A stretch of DNA of 64,000 nt, taken from the NCBI GenBank assembly GCA_029547025.1, contig JAKPQA010000085.1:6585-70584 (forward strand), read 5' to 3'. The notes beneath the pieces are model-generated. The model was given only the letters and a program-made list of their open reading frames with translations. It ran no database searches and was not told the origin of the DNA. This document shows positions 48,995-59,046 of the stretch, in pieces. Every line of letters starts with the position of its first letter. Position 1 is the first letter of the stretch. The position numbers and the translations under genes were made by a program. The stretch is from Armatimonadota bacterium. GTDB lineage: Bacteria > Armatimonadota > Zipacnadia > UBA1398 > JAKPQA01.

Positions 48995-50648
48995 CGCGAT
49001 CGATGTCGAGACACGCACACTGGTGGCCCGTATCGAGAACGGGCTGATCACGCGGCTTCGGAGCAAGGCGGGCGGGACCGAGCGCATTCGGGGCGGCCCG
49101 TGGGACTATTCGGCTCTGCAGTTGGTGTACCCGGGCCAGGGCCCGCTGGACGTGCTCGACCGGCTGGCGGGGCGGGTCTCATGCCATCAGCGGTCGGCAG
49201 GGTGCGCCGAGGTGCGTCTCCACGGGTGGGACGCGGACGGGGTGATCCGTGTCTCGGAAGACGAGGCGACGGGCGACCTCGTCGTCGAGCCCTCGGCGTA
49301 CTCCTCGCGTGCGGGTGTGCTCTCATGCCGATGGCTCGTGCCCGGCATCGCCGCGGATCTGGAGCTGATCGCACCCTTCTTCCAGGGAGTGCGCCTGCCA
49401 CTGAGCGACTCGCTGCTGGAGGGCCGATGGTTCTGGCCGCAGTTGTGGGAGGCCGGCCTGGCGATCCTGCAGGGGCGCGGCGGCGGATTCTGGATCCACT
49501 GCCAGGACTCGCGCTACCGCTACAAGGCGCTCAACATTGAGAAGGCGACACTCGGGCTCGAGACCGAGGCTTACGGCCCGGTCGAGCGCAATCGGGGCGC
49601 AGGCGGGCTGCAGTGGCGAGTCAATGTCTATGAAGGCGAGTGGCGTGTCCCCGCGACCGCCTATCGCGACTGGCTGTGGGAGGCCTACGGCTTGGCGGCC
49701 GAAGAGCGAGCCCGCAAGCCCTGGGTCGGCGACGTCCGTTTCGCGGTGTCGTGGTACGGCGGTGATCCTGAGCTTCTCGATGCGCTCGCCGAACGGCTGA
49801 GTCCCCACCAGGTTCTTCTGCACTACTCCAACTGGCGCACCGACCCCTACGACGAGAACTACCCGACCTATGACCCCTCGCCGGCCGCCTGCGATGTCTT
49901 CGCCAAGGCCCGGAAGATGGGCTTCCATGTCATGCCTCACTGCAACTCGGTCGACATGGACCCCACGCATCCAGCCTATCACTACGTTCGAGACTTCCAG
50001 TACCGAGACGTCCAGACCAAGCGATTGCTCGGCTGGGGCTGGGATCCCGAACACGGCCGAGTACTGGGGGTCCCCGACTCCTACGCCAGCCTCGCCGAGA
50101 ACCGTCGGCGTAAAGTGATGGTGAAGATCCACCCCGGGCTGTCCATGTGGCGCTCGATCCTTGCGGAGCATGTCGGCCAGGCCACTCAGCTTCTGGGCAC
50201 GGATTGCGTCTTTGTCGATGTCACGCTCTGCAGCCACAACCTGGACAACTGCCTGGTCGAGGACGCCACCTCGACCGAGGGCATGAAGCGGCTCATCTCC
50301 GAGATAGCCGGGCTGGGAGGCGGGTTAGCCGTGGGCGGGGAGGGGCGCAACGAGGTCACGATGCAGGGCCTGTCCTTCGCCCAGGCCCATCTCTACCGGA
50401 GCTGGCAGAGCAGCATCGACGGACTCGAACGGGCGGGGCGATGCCCGCTCAATGCCTTCCTGTTCGACCGCCTATGCCGCACCTTCGGGTACAGTGGCCT
50501 GGGCGGACGCACCGAGAACGAGGAGCTTCGGATGGAGGTCCACCACCAGCTCGGCGCCATCCCGACGGTCACCGTGAGCCATGCCGAGGAGATCCGCTCG
50601 CCCAACCGGGCCGTGGCACGAGCCCTCGATCGCGCCCTGGGGTCTTGA
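48975..50648 (+). CDS. DUF6259-like putative glycoside hydrolase (TIM barrel)
   Basis: WRTDPYDENYPTY...ARKMGFHVMPH, DCVFVD, GGEGRNE. Confidence 0.6.
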   Translation: MVTVRGNAIDVETRTLVARIENGLITRLRSKAGGTERIRGGPWDYSALQLVYPGQGPLDVLDRLAGRVSCHQRSAGCAEVRLHGWDADGVIRVSEDEATGDLVVEPSAYSSRAGVLSCRWLVPGIAADLELIAPFFQGVRLPLSDSLLEGRWFWPQLWEAGLAILQGRGGGFWIHCQDSRYRYKALNIEKATLGLETEAYGPVERNRGAGGLQWRVNVYEGEWRVPATAYRDWLWEAYGLAAEERARKPWVGDVRFAVSWYGGDPELLDALAERLSPHQVLLHYSNWRTDPYDENYPTYDPSPAACDVFAKARKMGFHVMPHCNSVDMDPTHPAYHYVRDFQYRDVQTKRLLGWGWDPEHGRVLGVPDSYASLAENRRRKVMVKIHPGLSMWRSILAEHVGQATQLLGTDCVFVDVTLCSHNLDNCLVEDATSTEGMKRLISEIAGLGGGLAVGGEGRNEVTMQGLSFAQAHLYRSWQSSIDGLERAGRCPLNAFLFDRLCRTFGYSGLGGRTENEELRMEVHHQLGAIPTVTVSHAEEIRSPNRAVARALDRALGS

Positions 50649-50657
50649 GCGCACCGA

Positions 50658-51707
50658 CTATCCGCCGTAGAACCACTCCGTGCGGACCCGCGCCACATGA
50701 AGCCCATCGCGGGCGTGGTAGCTCAGGACGCACACGTCCTCGTTCGGCAGGAAGGTCACGCTCTGGTAGCCGTAGTCGTCCTCGGGGTCGCTGGCCAGCT
50801 CTCGAGGGCTCTCCCAGGTCTCTCCTTCATCCTTCGAGATGACCGACACCAGCGGCGTGCGGCGTCCGCCATCGCCCGCCGTGGTCCGAATGAGCAGCAG
50901 GTCACCCGTGCTCGGGATCCGCTTCACCGTTACCGCGCACGCGTTGGCCGAGATGGGCAGCTCCCGGACCAACTCGCCCGCCGACCAGTTCGCGCCCTGG
51001 TCGGCCGAGTACGCCCGGCCCAGGAACCCGTTGTAGGTCCGGAAGACCATCAGCAGGCGGCCGTCCCTGAGCTCCTCGATGTGCGCCTCCTGGGCCTCCA
51101 TGGGGTCCATGTCAACCTCGTTGGCGCTCATGTGCCACGAATAGGCGTTGTCGTCCGAGTGGAACGCGCAGGCCACATAGCCTCCGTGATCGTTCGAGTC
51201 GGGCCACCGCTTCTTCCGCTCGGCCGCGGCGATAACCCGCCCCGAGGCCAGCCGCGTGATCTTGTCGTTGTGCACGATGACGTAGCCGGGGCAGGGGGTC
51301 ATCACGAACTGCTCGCTCCAGGTCTTGCCGTCGTCGGCAGACCGGCGGTAGTAGTTGTGCCCGTAGTAGGGCACGGCCCCGCTGCCGTAGATGTAGGAGA
51401 GCAGCAGATCACCGTTGGCCAAGCGCACGAGACTGGGATGACAGTAGTAGCCCTGAGTCGAGGGCGCGGCCGGGTTGGGCACCAACACCACTTCGTCGCT
51501 CCAGGTCCGTCCTCCGTCCGTCGACGTGCGCGACATGATGCCATCGAGCGTGTAGCACAGGAGGAGCGAGCCGTCGCCAAGCACCTCGATGTCCCCCGGC
51601 ATGCCCCGCGGGCCGAACGGGCCCTTCTCGATCGTCACCACACGAACGTCGGTGAACAGCGCCTCCGGCGCCGCGACCGGGGTGAGCAGCAGCCCCATGC
51701 AGAGCAT
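50658..51707 (-). CDS. Sialidase/BNR-repeat (GH33-like) protein
   Basis: Asp boxes STDGGRTW, SADDGKTW, SDDNAYSW, SADQGANW, SKDEGETW. RTPL and YGYQS motifs. GGAGGAGG RBS. Confidence 0.88.
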   Translation of the reverse strand: MLCMGLLLTPVAAPEALFTDVRVVTIEKGPFGPRGMPGDIEVLGDGSLLLCYTLDGIMSRTSTDGGRTWSDEVVLVPNPAAPSTQGYYCHPSLVRLANGDLLLSYIYGSGAVPYYGHNYYRRSADDGKTWSEQFVMTPCPGYVIVHNDKITRLASGRVIAAAERKKRWPDSNDHGGYVACAFHSDDNAYSWHMSANEVDMDPMEAQEAHIEELRDGRLLMVFRTYNGFLGRAYSADQGANWSAGELVRELPISANACAVTVKRIPSTGDLLLIRTTAGDGGRRTPLVSVISKDEGETWESPRELASDPEDDYGYQSVTFLPNEDVCVLSYHARDGLHVARVRTEWFYGG

Positions 51708-51843
51708 CAATGGCCCAGCCTCCTCCAGTGTCCGCGTTGGGGTCTGGTTCGCGGGTGCCCCACGGAGGCCCTTCGCGCCTCCGCCCACGCAGGTTGGCGC
51801 TGCCGCGTCCCGGAACAGGCAGATCTGCGGAGGTGAGCTCCCG

Positions 51844-54006
51844 ATGCTGATGCTCATCGTGACGGTGGCCGCTCAGGACGTCCTACCCGCTCAGCCGATC
51901 GGCGACAAGACACTGGTGGCCTGGGTGTCGCCGGCGAGCCTGACCCAGAGCGGGGGAGCCGTCCTGAGCGTCGGGGGTACGAGCAACCTCTTCGATGCCA
52001 TCGTGTTCGGTGAGATCGCGCCCGGGCGCTGGATGGCGGGCAGCAACTTCTTCCTCCGCACAGCGCAAGACCAGGCGGCGTGGCCCGCCGAGACGGCGCA
52101 ACCAGGGACGCTCGTGCAGATCGCTATTGCCTACGAGGGCAAGCGAGTCCACATCTACCGCAACGGCGCTCCATACGCCGAGTACGGGTTTCAGGGCGAT
52201 CCAGCCCCGCTGACGACCGACAGCCCTGTCCTGTTGGGGCTGCGCCATCGCGGAGCGCTGAACGGCTATTTCGCCGGCGGCATCGCGGATGCGCGGATCT
52301 ACGGCTCGGCGCTCAGCCAGGAAACGATTGCCGCCCTGAAGTGCGGGCGAAGAGGCGGCCCGCAGCCGCTGGGTTGGTGGACCTTCGAGGATGACAGCCT
52401 GAGAGACCGTATGGGACGCTACCCTCCGGGACGCCTCGTGGGTGGGGCACGGATTGAGGATGGCCTGCTCCAACTGGATGGGGTGACCGGGTGCATGGTG
52501 GTTCAGCGAGGCAACACGGCGGCACGGGAGACGGAGGGCTGGCCCAGATATCACGTGACAGCGCTGCCCGACGAGGGCGTGGCGCTTCCCTATGACGCCA
52601 ACGGGTGCATATACTGGAAAGGGAAGTACCACCTAATGTACATCTTCCAGCGCCCCGATGGCGGGCACTGCTGGGGTCATCTGTCGAGCCGCGACCTGAT
52701 CCACTGGACCTACCACCCGACAGCCCTCGAGCCAATGCCAGGCGATCCCGACAAGGGAATATTCAGCGGCAATGCATTCATCAATAGAGACGGCGTGCCG
52801 ATGTTGTGCTGGTTCGGCGTAGAGGCCGGGGTGTGTGTCGCAACAGCCCTGGACGATGACCTGGTCCGCTGGCAGAAGCACTCCAGGAACCCGATCATCC
52901 CCATGCCCAAGCCTGGCGACCCGGGGTATGGTCTCTACACCGTCTGGGACCCCTACCTGTGGCTCGAGGGCGACACCTACATGTGCCTGCTTGGCGGTAA
53001 CCGCCTGCCCATCGACCGCGATACGCTCTACCTTTGCACCTCGCCCGATCTGGTGAACTGGACGCCGCGCGGTCCATTCTACGAGGGCGATCCCGCCTGG
53101 CGGCGGTCCGACGAGGATTGCTCGTGCCCCGACTTCTTCCGGCTCGGCGACAAGCATGTGCTCATGTGCATCAGTCACGCCATTGGCGCGCGGATGTACA
53201 TCGGCCGCTTCGGCGGCGATACGTTCACACCCGAACAGCATGTGCGGATGAACTGGCCAGGCGGCATGTTCTTCGCCCCCGAGAGTCTTGAGGACGCCCG
53301 GGGGAGACGCATCTTCTGGGCGTGGGTCACCGATCCGCGTATCGGGCCCGCACAGCAGGCGACGGGCTCGGGTTTCCAGAGTCTGCCCCGCGTTCTGTCC
53401 CTCGGTGCGGATGGCACACCGCGAATCAGGCCGGCTGAGGAGCTGGAACGCCTCCGAGGCCACCACGAGCGGCGGCGCACCATCGAGATCCCTGCCGACG
53501 GCGAAGTCACGCTCGAGGGGATTGCGGGTCAGCATCTCGAACTGGGGCTCGAGATCCAACCGGCTCGGGCCGAACGGGTGGGTCTGAAGGTGCGCTGCTC
53601 GCCGGATGGCGAGGAGCAGACGGCCGTGTGGTGCGACCGGGCCAGCGGCGTCCTGCGGGTCGATGTGTCGAAGTCGACGCTCCGGCCCGACGTGACCTAT
53701 GGCTCGCCGCCATTCACGTCCTACAGCCTCCAGAACGCTACGGACAACCCGAACCCGATCCATCAGTTCGAGGCACCACTGGAGCTTGCCGCCGGCGACC
53801 CCATCCGTCTGCGGGTGTTCATCGATGGGCCCATGATCGAGATCTTCGCCAACGACCGGCAGTGCGTGACGCAGGTTGTGTTCCCCCGGCGGCGTGACAG
53901 CACAGGGATCCGGCTCTGCGCCGTGGGGGGCGGCGCCACCGTCTCGCGGCTCGACGCGTGGACCATGAAACCGCTTGAGTTCGAGGACCGGCGGGCGAGG
54001 CCATAG
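51844..54006 (+). CDS. GH32-like glycoside hydrolase with an N-terminal LamG-like domain
   Basis: YDANG...GKYHLMY, CWGHLSSRDLIHW, IFSG, WDPY, CPDFF, FFAPES, QSLPR, LRVFIDGPMIEIFAND. Confidence 0.85.
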   Translation: MLMLIVTVAAQDVLPAQPIGDKTLVAWVSPASLTQSGGAVLSVGGTSNLFDAIVFGEIAPGRWMAGSNFFLRTAQDQAAWPAETAQPGTLVQIAIAYEGKRVHIYRNGAPYAEYGFQGDPAPLTTDSPVLLGLRHRGALNGYFAGGIADARIYGSALSQETIAALKCGRRGGPQPLGWWTFEDDSLRDRMGRYPPGRLVGGARIEDGLLQLDGVTGCMVVQRGNTAARETEGWPRYHVTALPDEGVALPYDANGCIYWKGKYHLMYIFQRPDGGHCWGHLSSRDLIHWTYHPTALEPMPGDPDKGIFSGNAFINRDGVPMLCWFGVEAGVCVATALDDDLVRWQKHSRNPIIPMPKPGDPGYGLYTVWDPYLWLEGDTYMCLLGGNRLPIDRDTLYLCTSPDLVNWTPRGPFYEGDPAWRRSDEDCSCPDFFRLGDKHVLMCISHAIGARMYIGRFGGDTFTPEQHVRMNWPGGMFFAPESLEDARGRRIFWAWVTDPRIGPAQQATGSGFQSLPRVLSLGADGTPRIRPAEELERLRGHHERRRTIEIPADGEVTLEGIAGQHLELGLEIQPARAERVGLKVRCSPDGEEQTAVWCDRASGVLRVDVSKSTLRPDVTYGSPPFTSYSLQNATDNPNPIHQFEAPLELAAGDPIRLRVFIDGPMIEIFANDRQCVTQVVFPRRRDSTGIRLCAVGGGATVSRLDAWTMKPLEFEDRRARP

Positions 54007-54026
54007 GATCGAGACCGGCGGCCCCT

Positions 54027-54082
54027 CGGCCCAACGCCCGTCGGTGGGGCCCGCTCGCTGCCAGTGCCGACGGGTTGGGCCG
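54027..54082 (+). terminator. Long inverted repeat downstream of the GH32-like gene (possible terminator or stabiliser hairpin)
   Basis: CGGCCCAACGCCCGTCGGT ... GCCGACGGGTTGGGCCG, 21 nt after the stop codon. Confidence 0.4.
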
Positions 54083-54265
54083 TCTTGGGGCTCGAGTGAG
54101 AGGGCGCTCGACGAGGACCTCGTGAAGCCCCCCTCGTGACCCGGCGCCCGTTGGCATCATCACCCATGGAGGTCCGAGACCGCTGCGGGGTGTATCCTCC
54201 CCACCGCGAGGCGATGGACCGGCCCCCGCCTCCCACACGTCAGCGCCACATCGGAGGTACCGCAG

Positions 54266-55363
54266 TTGAGTGCCACCAGGCTCCTCTCCGCACCCGCTGT
54301 GCTGTCGGTCGCCGCGTGCATCGCGGGCCCGGTCCAGGCTCAGGGTCTCGAGGGACTCCCGACCATCGTCCGCGGCGACCATCAGGGATTCGCCAACTCA
54401 GGATGGAAGTACGACCGCTACTCCAACCTGCCCTCGCTCGACGCCCACACCAGCATGCTCGTGGCCGACATCAGAGGCCCGGCGGTGATCCGCCACATCC
54501 ACACCACGCGCCACCATCCACCTGAGCTGATGGCGCGCGGTATCGTGCTCGAGATCTGGTTCGACGACGCCAAGGAGCCCGCAGTGATGTCGCCCCTGGC
54601 CGACTTCTTCGGCGATGGCTGCAACGGCGCCAGCCGGACCTTCAGCACGCCACTGATCGAGTGCGCGCCGTGGAGCTACAACGCCTACATCCCCATGCCC
54701 TTCAAGAAGCGGGCTCGGGTCATCCTCCGCAACGATACGGACAAGGACGCGATGAACTACTCCTACGTCGAGTGGGAGCCGCTCGACGACTGGGACGAGG
54801 ACTTGGGGTACTTCCACGCGACCTATCGCCGCGAGCAGTTCCAGCTCCGCCCGGACACCAGCCACACGTTCTTCCAGATCGAGGGCACCGGCCACGTGAT
54901 CGGCCGGCAGTTGAGCATCCTCACCGATGAGCCGTTCTTCCGCGGCTTCAACTGCGTGATGGAGGGCAACAACGAGATCGACGTCGACGGCCGCGAGCGT
55001 GCGTTCGACTACCTGGGCACTGAAGACTCGTTCACCTTCAGCTGGGGCTTCCAGGAGGAGTTCGTCGGCCTTCGCTCGGGTATGCCGCATGTGGTCCACG
55101 GTGACAGCAACTCGCTATCGATCTTCCGCTTCCACGACCACATGCCCATCCGTTTCGACAAGAGCCTCACCTGGCGCATCAACTGGCAGGAGGAGAAGGG
55201 CTTCGTCACCTCGCCGAAGTGGCAGGAGGCACTGGCCCGCGACGGTTCGTGTAGGGTCGACTATGCAACCGTGTTCTACTGGTATCAGGATGAGCCGGGT
55301 GGCTTCGAACACGCGCCGCTGGCCGAAGTGGCCCTGCGGGGCAACAAGCCCGCGGCCCCGTAG
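54266..55363 (+). CDS. DUF2961 (GH172-like) family protein
   Basis: GPAVIRHIH, PLADFF, YIPMPFKKRAR, YFHATY, MEGN, LGTEDSFTFSWGF, FRFHDHMPIRF. TTG start after GGAGG. Confidence 0.85.
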   Translation: MSATRLLSAPAVLSVAACIAGPVQAQGLEGLPTIVRGDHQGFANSGWKYDRYSNLPSLDAHTSMLVADIRGPAVIRHIHTTRHHPPELMARGIVLEIWFDDAKEPAVMSPLADFFGDGCNGASRTFSTPLIECAPWSYNAYIPMPFKKRARVILRNDTDKDAMNYSYVEWEPLDDWDEDLGYFHATYRREQFQLRPDTSHTFFQIEGTGHVIGRQLSILTDEPFFRGFNCVMEGNNEIDVDGRERAFDYLGTEDSFTFSWGFQEEFVGLRSGMPHVVHGDSNSLSIFRFHDHMPIRFDKSLTWRINWQEEKGFVTSPKWQEALARDGSCRVDYATVFYWYQDEPGGFEHAPLAEVALRGNKPAAP

Positions 55364-55509
55364 GTCGGTAGTCGCCGCGCCACCGAGGGCGCCCGCCGAC
55401 ATGGGGTCTCGGTGCTCGTGCCCGCGGGCCTGGTGGCCGGCACTGTCCGGGGTCCGTGATGGCTCTGATTGCCCGGCACACTGCACTGCCTGTTGGGAGG
55501 TACCCACCC

Positions 55510-57381
55510 ATGGCTCCATCCTCCTCTCTCGCTCCCGCTGCCCTCGCCGCGGTCCTGCTCCTCCTTGTCCCGGCCATGGCAGTCGACTACTACGTCGCCG
55601 CCGATGGTGCCGACGCCAATGCCGGCACGAGCCCCGATGCCGCCTGGCGGACACTCGCGCGCGTCAACGCGGCCGAGCTGCTGCCCGGCGATACCATCCG
55701 GTTCCGCCGCGGCGACACCTGGCGCGGGCAGCTCATCCCGAAGAGCGGCGGCGACGCAGGCGTCATCACCTATACGGCCTACGGCGAGGGGCCGAAGCCA
55801 CTCCTCCTGGGCTCGCTGGACCTCTCGCCGCCCGACATATGGGTGCCGGCCGGCGACAACCTGTGGGAGACACGGCCTGCCGAGTCGCTGGGCGAGCCAA
55901 TCCTCGGCACGCCGGGCGCCCCAGGCCCGGTACGGTGGTCGCTCTACTGCGAGAACGGCGCTCAGGCCACCATGGCCTACGATGCCGCCACGGGGGAGTG
56001 TCGCATCCACTGCGATGCCTCGGGCGGGGTCGGGTCCGACATCCAGCTCATCGCCGCCCCGTTTGCCGTCTCGAGCAACGTCGCCCTGCAGCTGCGGTTC
56101 CGTGCCAGGGCCAGTCAGCCGTTTCACCTGCCCGGCCCGGTTCTCATGAAGGCCGGGCCGCCCTGGACCGGCTACTCCACCACCCGCTACGAGCGCATCG
56201 GCGATGTGGGCACCGAGTGGGTCGAGATGTCGCGCCTCTACGGCATCTCGGTGAACGCCGACGACGGCCGGCTCACCCTGTTCCTCGGCGGGGCCCTGCC
56301 TGCGGGGGCCGACCTCTTCCTCGCCGACCTGACACTCAGCCCGTGCGATCCCTCGGCAATTCCACTCGTTGATGTGGGCAATCTGATCTTCGACGACGAG
56401 GCCGAGTGCGGCGTGAAGGTCTTCGAGCCGGACCAGCTCGACGGCCAGGGCAAGTACTGGTACGACGAGGCACGCTGCGTGGTCCGAATGTGGTCCGCCG
56501 GCAACCCCGGCGAGCACTATCGGCACATCGAGGGAGCCCTTCGGCAGCACATCGTCGACCAAAGCGGCGTGGGCTATGTCACCTACGACGGCCTGTGCCT
56601 CAAGTACGGCGGCGCCCACGGCTTCGGTGGCGGCAGCACCCAGCACATCACGATCCGCGACTGCGACCTGGGCTACATCGGTGGCGGCGATCAGATGGGC
56701 GGGGACCAGACGGTCCGCTTCGGCAACGGCATCGAGTTCTGGGGCGCCGCCCACGACTGCCTGGTCGAGAACTGCCGGCTCTGGCAGATCTACGATGCCG
56801 CACTCACGAACCAGAACCTCGGCAGCGTGGTCGAAGAGGCCAACATCACCTACCGCAACAACGTGATCTGGGATTCCGAGTACTCCTTCGAGTACTGGAA
56901 CCGCCCGGCAGAGTCCATCACCCGCAACATCGTGTTCGAGCACAACACGTGCGTCCGCGCTGGTTTCGGCTGGGGGCACACGCAGCGACCGGATCCAAGC
57001 GGGCGGCACCTGTGTTTCTACACGTCCGACGCCACCGCGTCGGACATCATCATCCGCGACAACATCTTCTGCGAGGCGCGGGAGCACGCGTTCAGCGCCC
57101 AGTGGTGGAACCGCGAGCAGCTCCCCTCGCTGGTGATGGACCACAACCTGTGGTTCCAGAGCGAGGGTGCCGTGATCTCGTACGCCGATGCGCGGTACAC
57201 GGTGGATCAGTTCGCGGCCTATCAGGCTGAGCTCGGGCTCGACGCCAACTCCGTCGCGGCCGAGGCCCGGTTCGTGAACGCCGACGCGTTCGACTTTCGC
57301 CTCGCCCCCGGCTCCCCCGGCATCGGCGCCGCCAGTGACGGCACCGACATGGGCGCCGCCGGGCCAGTCCTCCAGCCATAG
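55510..57381 (+). CDS. Secreted right-handed parallel beta-helix protein (pectate lyase-like) with an inserted CBM4/9-like domain
   Basis: YYVAADGADANAGTSPDAAWRTL, PGDTIRFRRGDTW, NGIEFWG...VENC, NITYRNN, DFRLAPGSPGIGA. Confidence 0.8.
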   Translation: MAPSSSLAPAALAAVLLLLVPAMAVDYYVAADGADANAGTSPDAAWRTLARVNAAELLPGDTIRFRRGDTWRGQLIPKSGGDAGVITYTAYGEGPKPLLLGSLDLSPPDIWVPAGDNLWETRPAESLGEPILGTPGAPGPVRWSLYCENGAQATMAYDAATGECRIHCDASGGVGSDIQLIAAPFAVSSNVALQLRFRARASQPFHLPGPVLMKAGPPWTGYSTTRYERIGDVGTEWVEMSRLYGISVNADDGRLTLFLGGALPAGADLFLADLTLSPCDPSAIPLVDVGNLIFDDEAECGVKVFEPDQLDGQGKYWYDEARCVVRMWSAGNPGEHYRHIEGALRQHIVDQSGVGYVTYDGLCLKYGGAHGFGGGSTQHITIRDCDLGYIGGGDQMGGDQTVRFGNGIEFWGAAHDCLVENCRLWQIYDAALTNQNLGSVVEEANITYRNNVIWDSEYSFEYWNRPAESITRNIVFEHNTCVRAGFGWGHTQRPDPSGRHLCFYTSDATASDIIIRDNIFCEAREHAFSAQWWNREQLPSLVMDHNLWFQSEGAVISYADARYTVDQFAAYQAELGLDANSVAAEARFVNADAFDFRLAPGSPGIGAASDGTDMGAAGPVLQP

Positions 57382-57548
57382 GTCCATGGAGCCGGGCGCA
57401 GCCCTGGCCCTGAGCCCCACTCCACCCAGGCCGTGTGCATGGGGGCGACCCGCGAGCTGGGAGGCCAGACAGGGGCGCGCCGCCTCTGCGCTAACGCTTG
57501 CGCGTCCTACGCAGGCCACCCGTACCCCCCATGGCGAATGTTGGCCGT

Positions 57549-59012
57549 ATGCGCAACACCAGCCAACGACCCGATGAGCATCGCATCACCCGCCGCGACT
57601 TCGTCCGCTCTGCCGCCCTGACGGCCGGCGCGGTCGGCCTCGCCGGCACGATGGGACACGCACAGGAGGCAGACCCGGTGGCAGAACAGGGACCGATCCG
57701 ATCGCGATTCCTCTGGACGTGGGACCACTGCACCACATGGGCGCTCAACCGCGCCGGCGGACACGACATGGGCGCCTCGAACGATTACGGACGCACCACC
57801 GAATCGTTCATCGCCGACTACTCATCTGCGCTCCGCTGGTGCGGCAAGCACGGCATCGAGGGCATCGTCGTCTGGGGGCTGCTCAGGGACCGCCACGGCG
57901 GGCTCGAATCGGTGAAGCGCCTCTGCGAGGTCGCCAAGGAGAGCGGGACCAAGCTGTTGGCCGGCGTCGGGCTCAACGCCTACGGCGGCGTTTACTACGA
58001 GGGCAACTCACCGTGGTCACTCGAGCAGCACCTGAAGGCCAACCCGGAGCTCTATGGGATCGACGCCAAGGGCGAGCGGATGATCTTCGACTTCGGCTTC
58101 GCCGGGCAGAAGCTGTGCCATCACGCGTGCCCCTCGCGCCCCGAGAACCAGGAGTACGCGGCCGAGTCGCTCCGCTGGCTGATGGAGACCACCGACATCG
58201 ACGGCGTCCAGATGGAGGCCGGCGATACGGGCGTCTGCCAGTGCCCGACCTGCAAGGCGCGGCGCAGGCACCCCGTGTCGGGCTTCTCGTGGGAGGACAT
58301 GGCCCTGATCTACGCCAAGGCCACAGAGGCCATCCGGTCGGTGCGGCCCGAGGCGACCGTCATCGTCGAGACCTACTCACATCCGCAGCCCCACGAAAAC
58401 CCTGAAGAGGCCCCCGGGTTCGGCGGGGGCGCCCCCGAGTGGGCGGGCGAATGCCTGGCTCAGTTCCCCGAGGGCGTGTTCGTCCAGTGGGTGTGTGACC
58501 AGTACATCGCGCCCACGCGTGCCCGCGAGTGGACGGATGCGGGACGACCGCCGGCCGGCCCCAGGCGCCACATCATGCGTGCCCACATGGGGACCTACTG
58601 GCATCGCTACCGTGACGAGCTGGCGATTGACTGGATCGCTGAGATGGCCGGGCGGAGCGCCACCCACGGGTTCGATGCGCTGTCGATCTTCGGCGAGAGC
58701 TCGCCGTTCCACGCCGGATCGGAGCTCAACTACCTGGCCCTGGCCGACTACGGTTCGGACAGCAACCCGGCGTGTGAGCTCAGTTCGTTCCTCGACCGGG
58801 TCGCGGCGCCCCTTTTGGGCGGGCCGGAGCGGGCACGGCGGTTCCTCGAGATCGCGCGGCTCATCGACCACCGGGAGCAGATCCCGGAGGCCCTGGCCGA
58901 CGGCCGGCGCATCGCGGCCGACCTGTCTGGCCGCCCGGCGCAGCGCTGGACGTGGCTGTGCAACTACCTGGCCTCGTTCATCTACCCCGAGCCGCCGCTT
59001 GGGGACGACTGA
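57549..59012 (+). CDS. Tat-exported putative glycoside hydrolase-like TIM-barrel protein (start 57549 or 57531)
   Basis: Twin-arginine signal ITRRDFVRSAALTAGAVG...AQ. ACPS...IDGVQMEAGD..VCQCPTC motif. Confidence 0.65.
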   Translation: MRNTSQRPDEHRITRRDFVRSAALTAGAVGLAGTMGHAQEADPVAEQGPIRSRFLWTWDHCTTWALNRAGGHDMGASNDYGRTTESFIADYSSALRWCGKHGIEGIVVWGLLRDRHGGLESVKRLCEVAKESGTKLLAGVGLNAYGGVYYEGNSPWSLEQHLKANPELYGIDAKGERMIFDFGFAGQKLCHHACPSRPENQEYAAESLRWLMETTDIDGVQMEAGDTGVCQCPTCKARRRHPVSGFSWEDMALIYAKATEAIRSVRPEATVIVETYSHPQPHENPEEAPGFGGGAPEWAGECLAQFPEGVFVQWVCDQYIAPTRAREWTDAGRPPAGPRRHIMRAHMGTYWHRYRDELAIDWIAEMAGRSATHGFDALSIFGESSPFHAGSELNYLALADYGSDSNPACELSSFLDRVAAPLLGGPERARRFLEIARLIDHREQIPEALADGRRIAADLSGRPAQRWTWLCNYLASFIYPEPPLGDD

Positions 59013-59046
59013 CGCGGCCGCGCTAGCACCCGCATTGGAGGTGGCG

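Noticed and set aside
55285..57519. 744-aa antisense ORF over the beta-helix gene (and similar long antisense ORFs at 10604-12409, 30000-31559 and 61178-62614)
   Set aside because: GC-rich shadow frames opposite well-supported genes.
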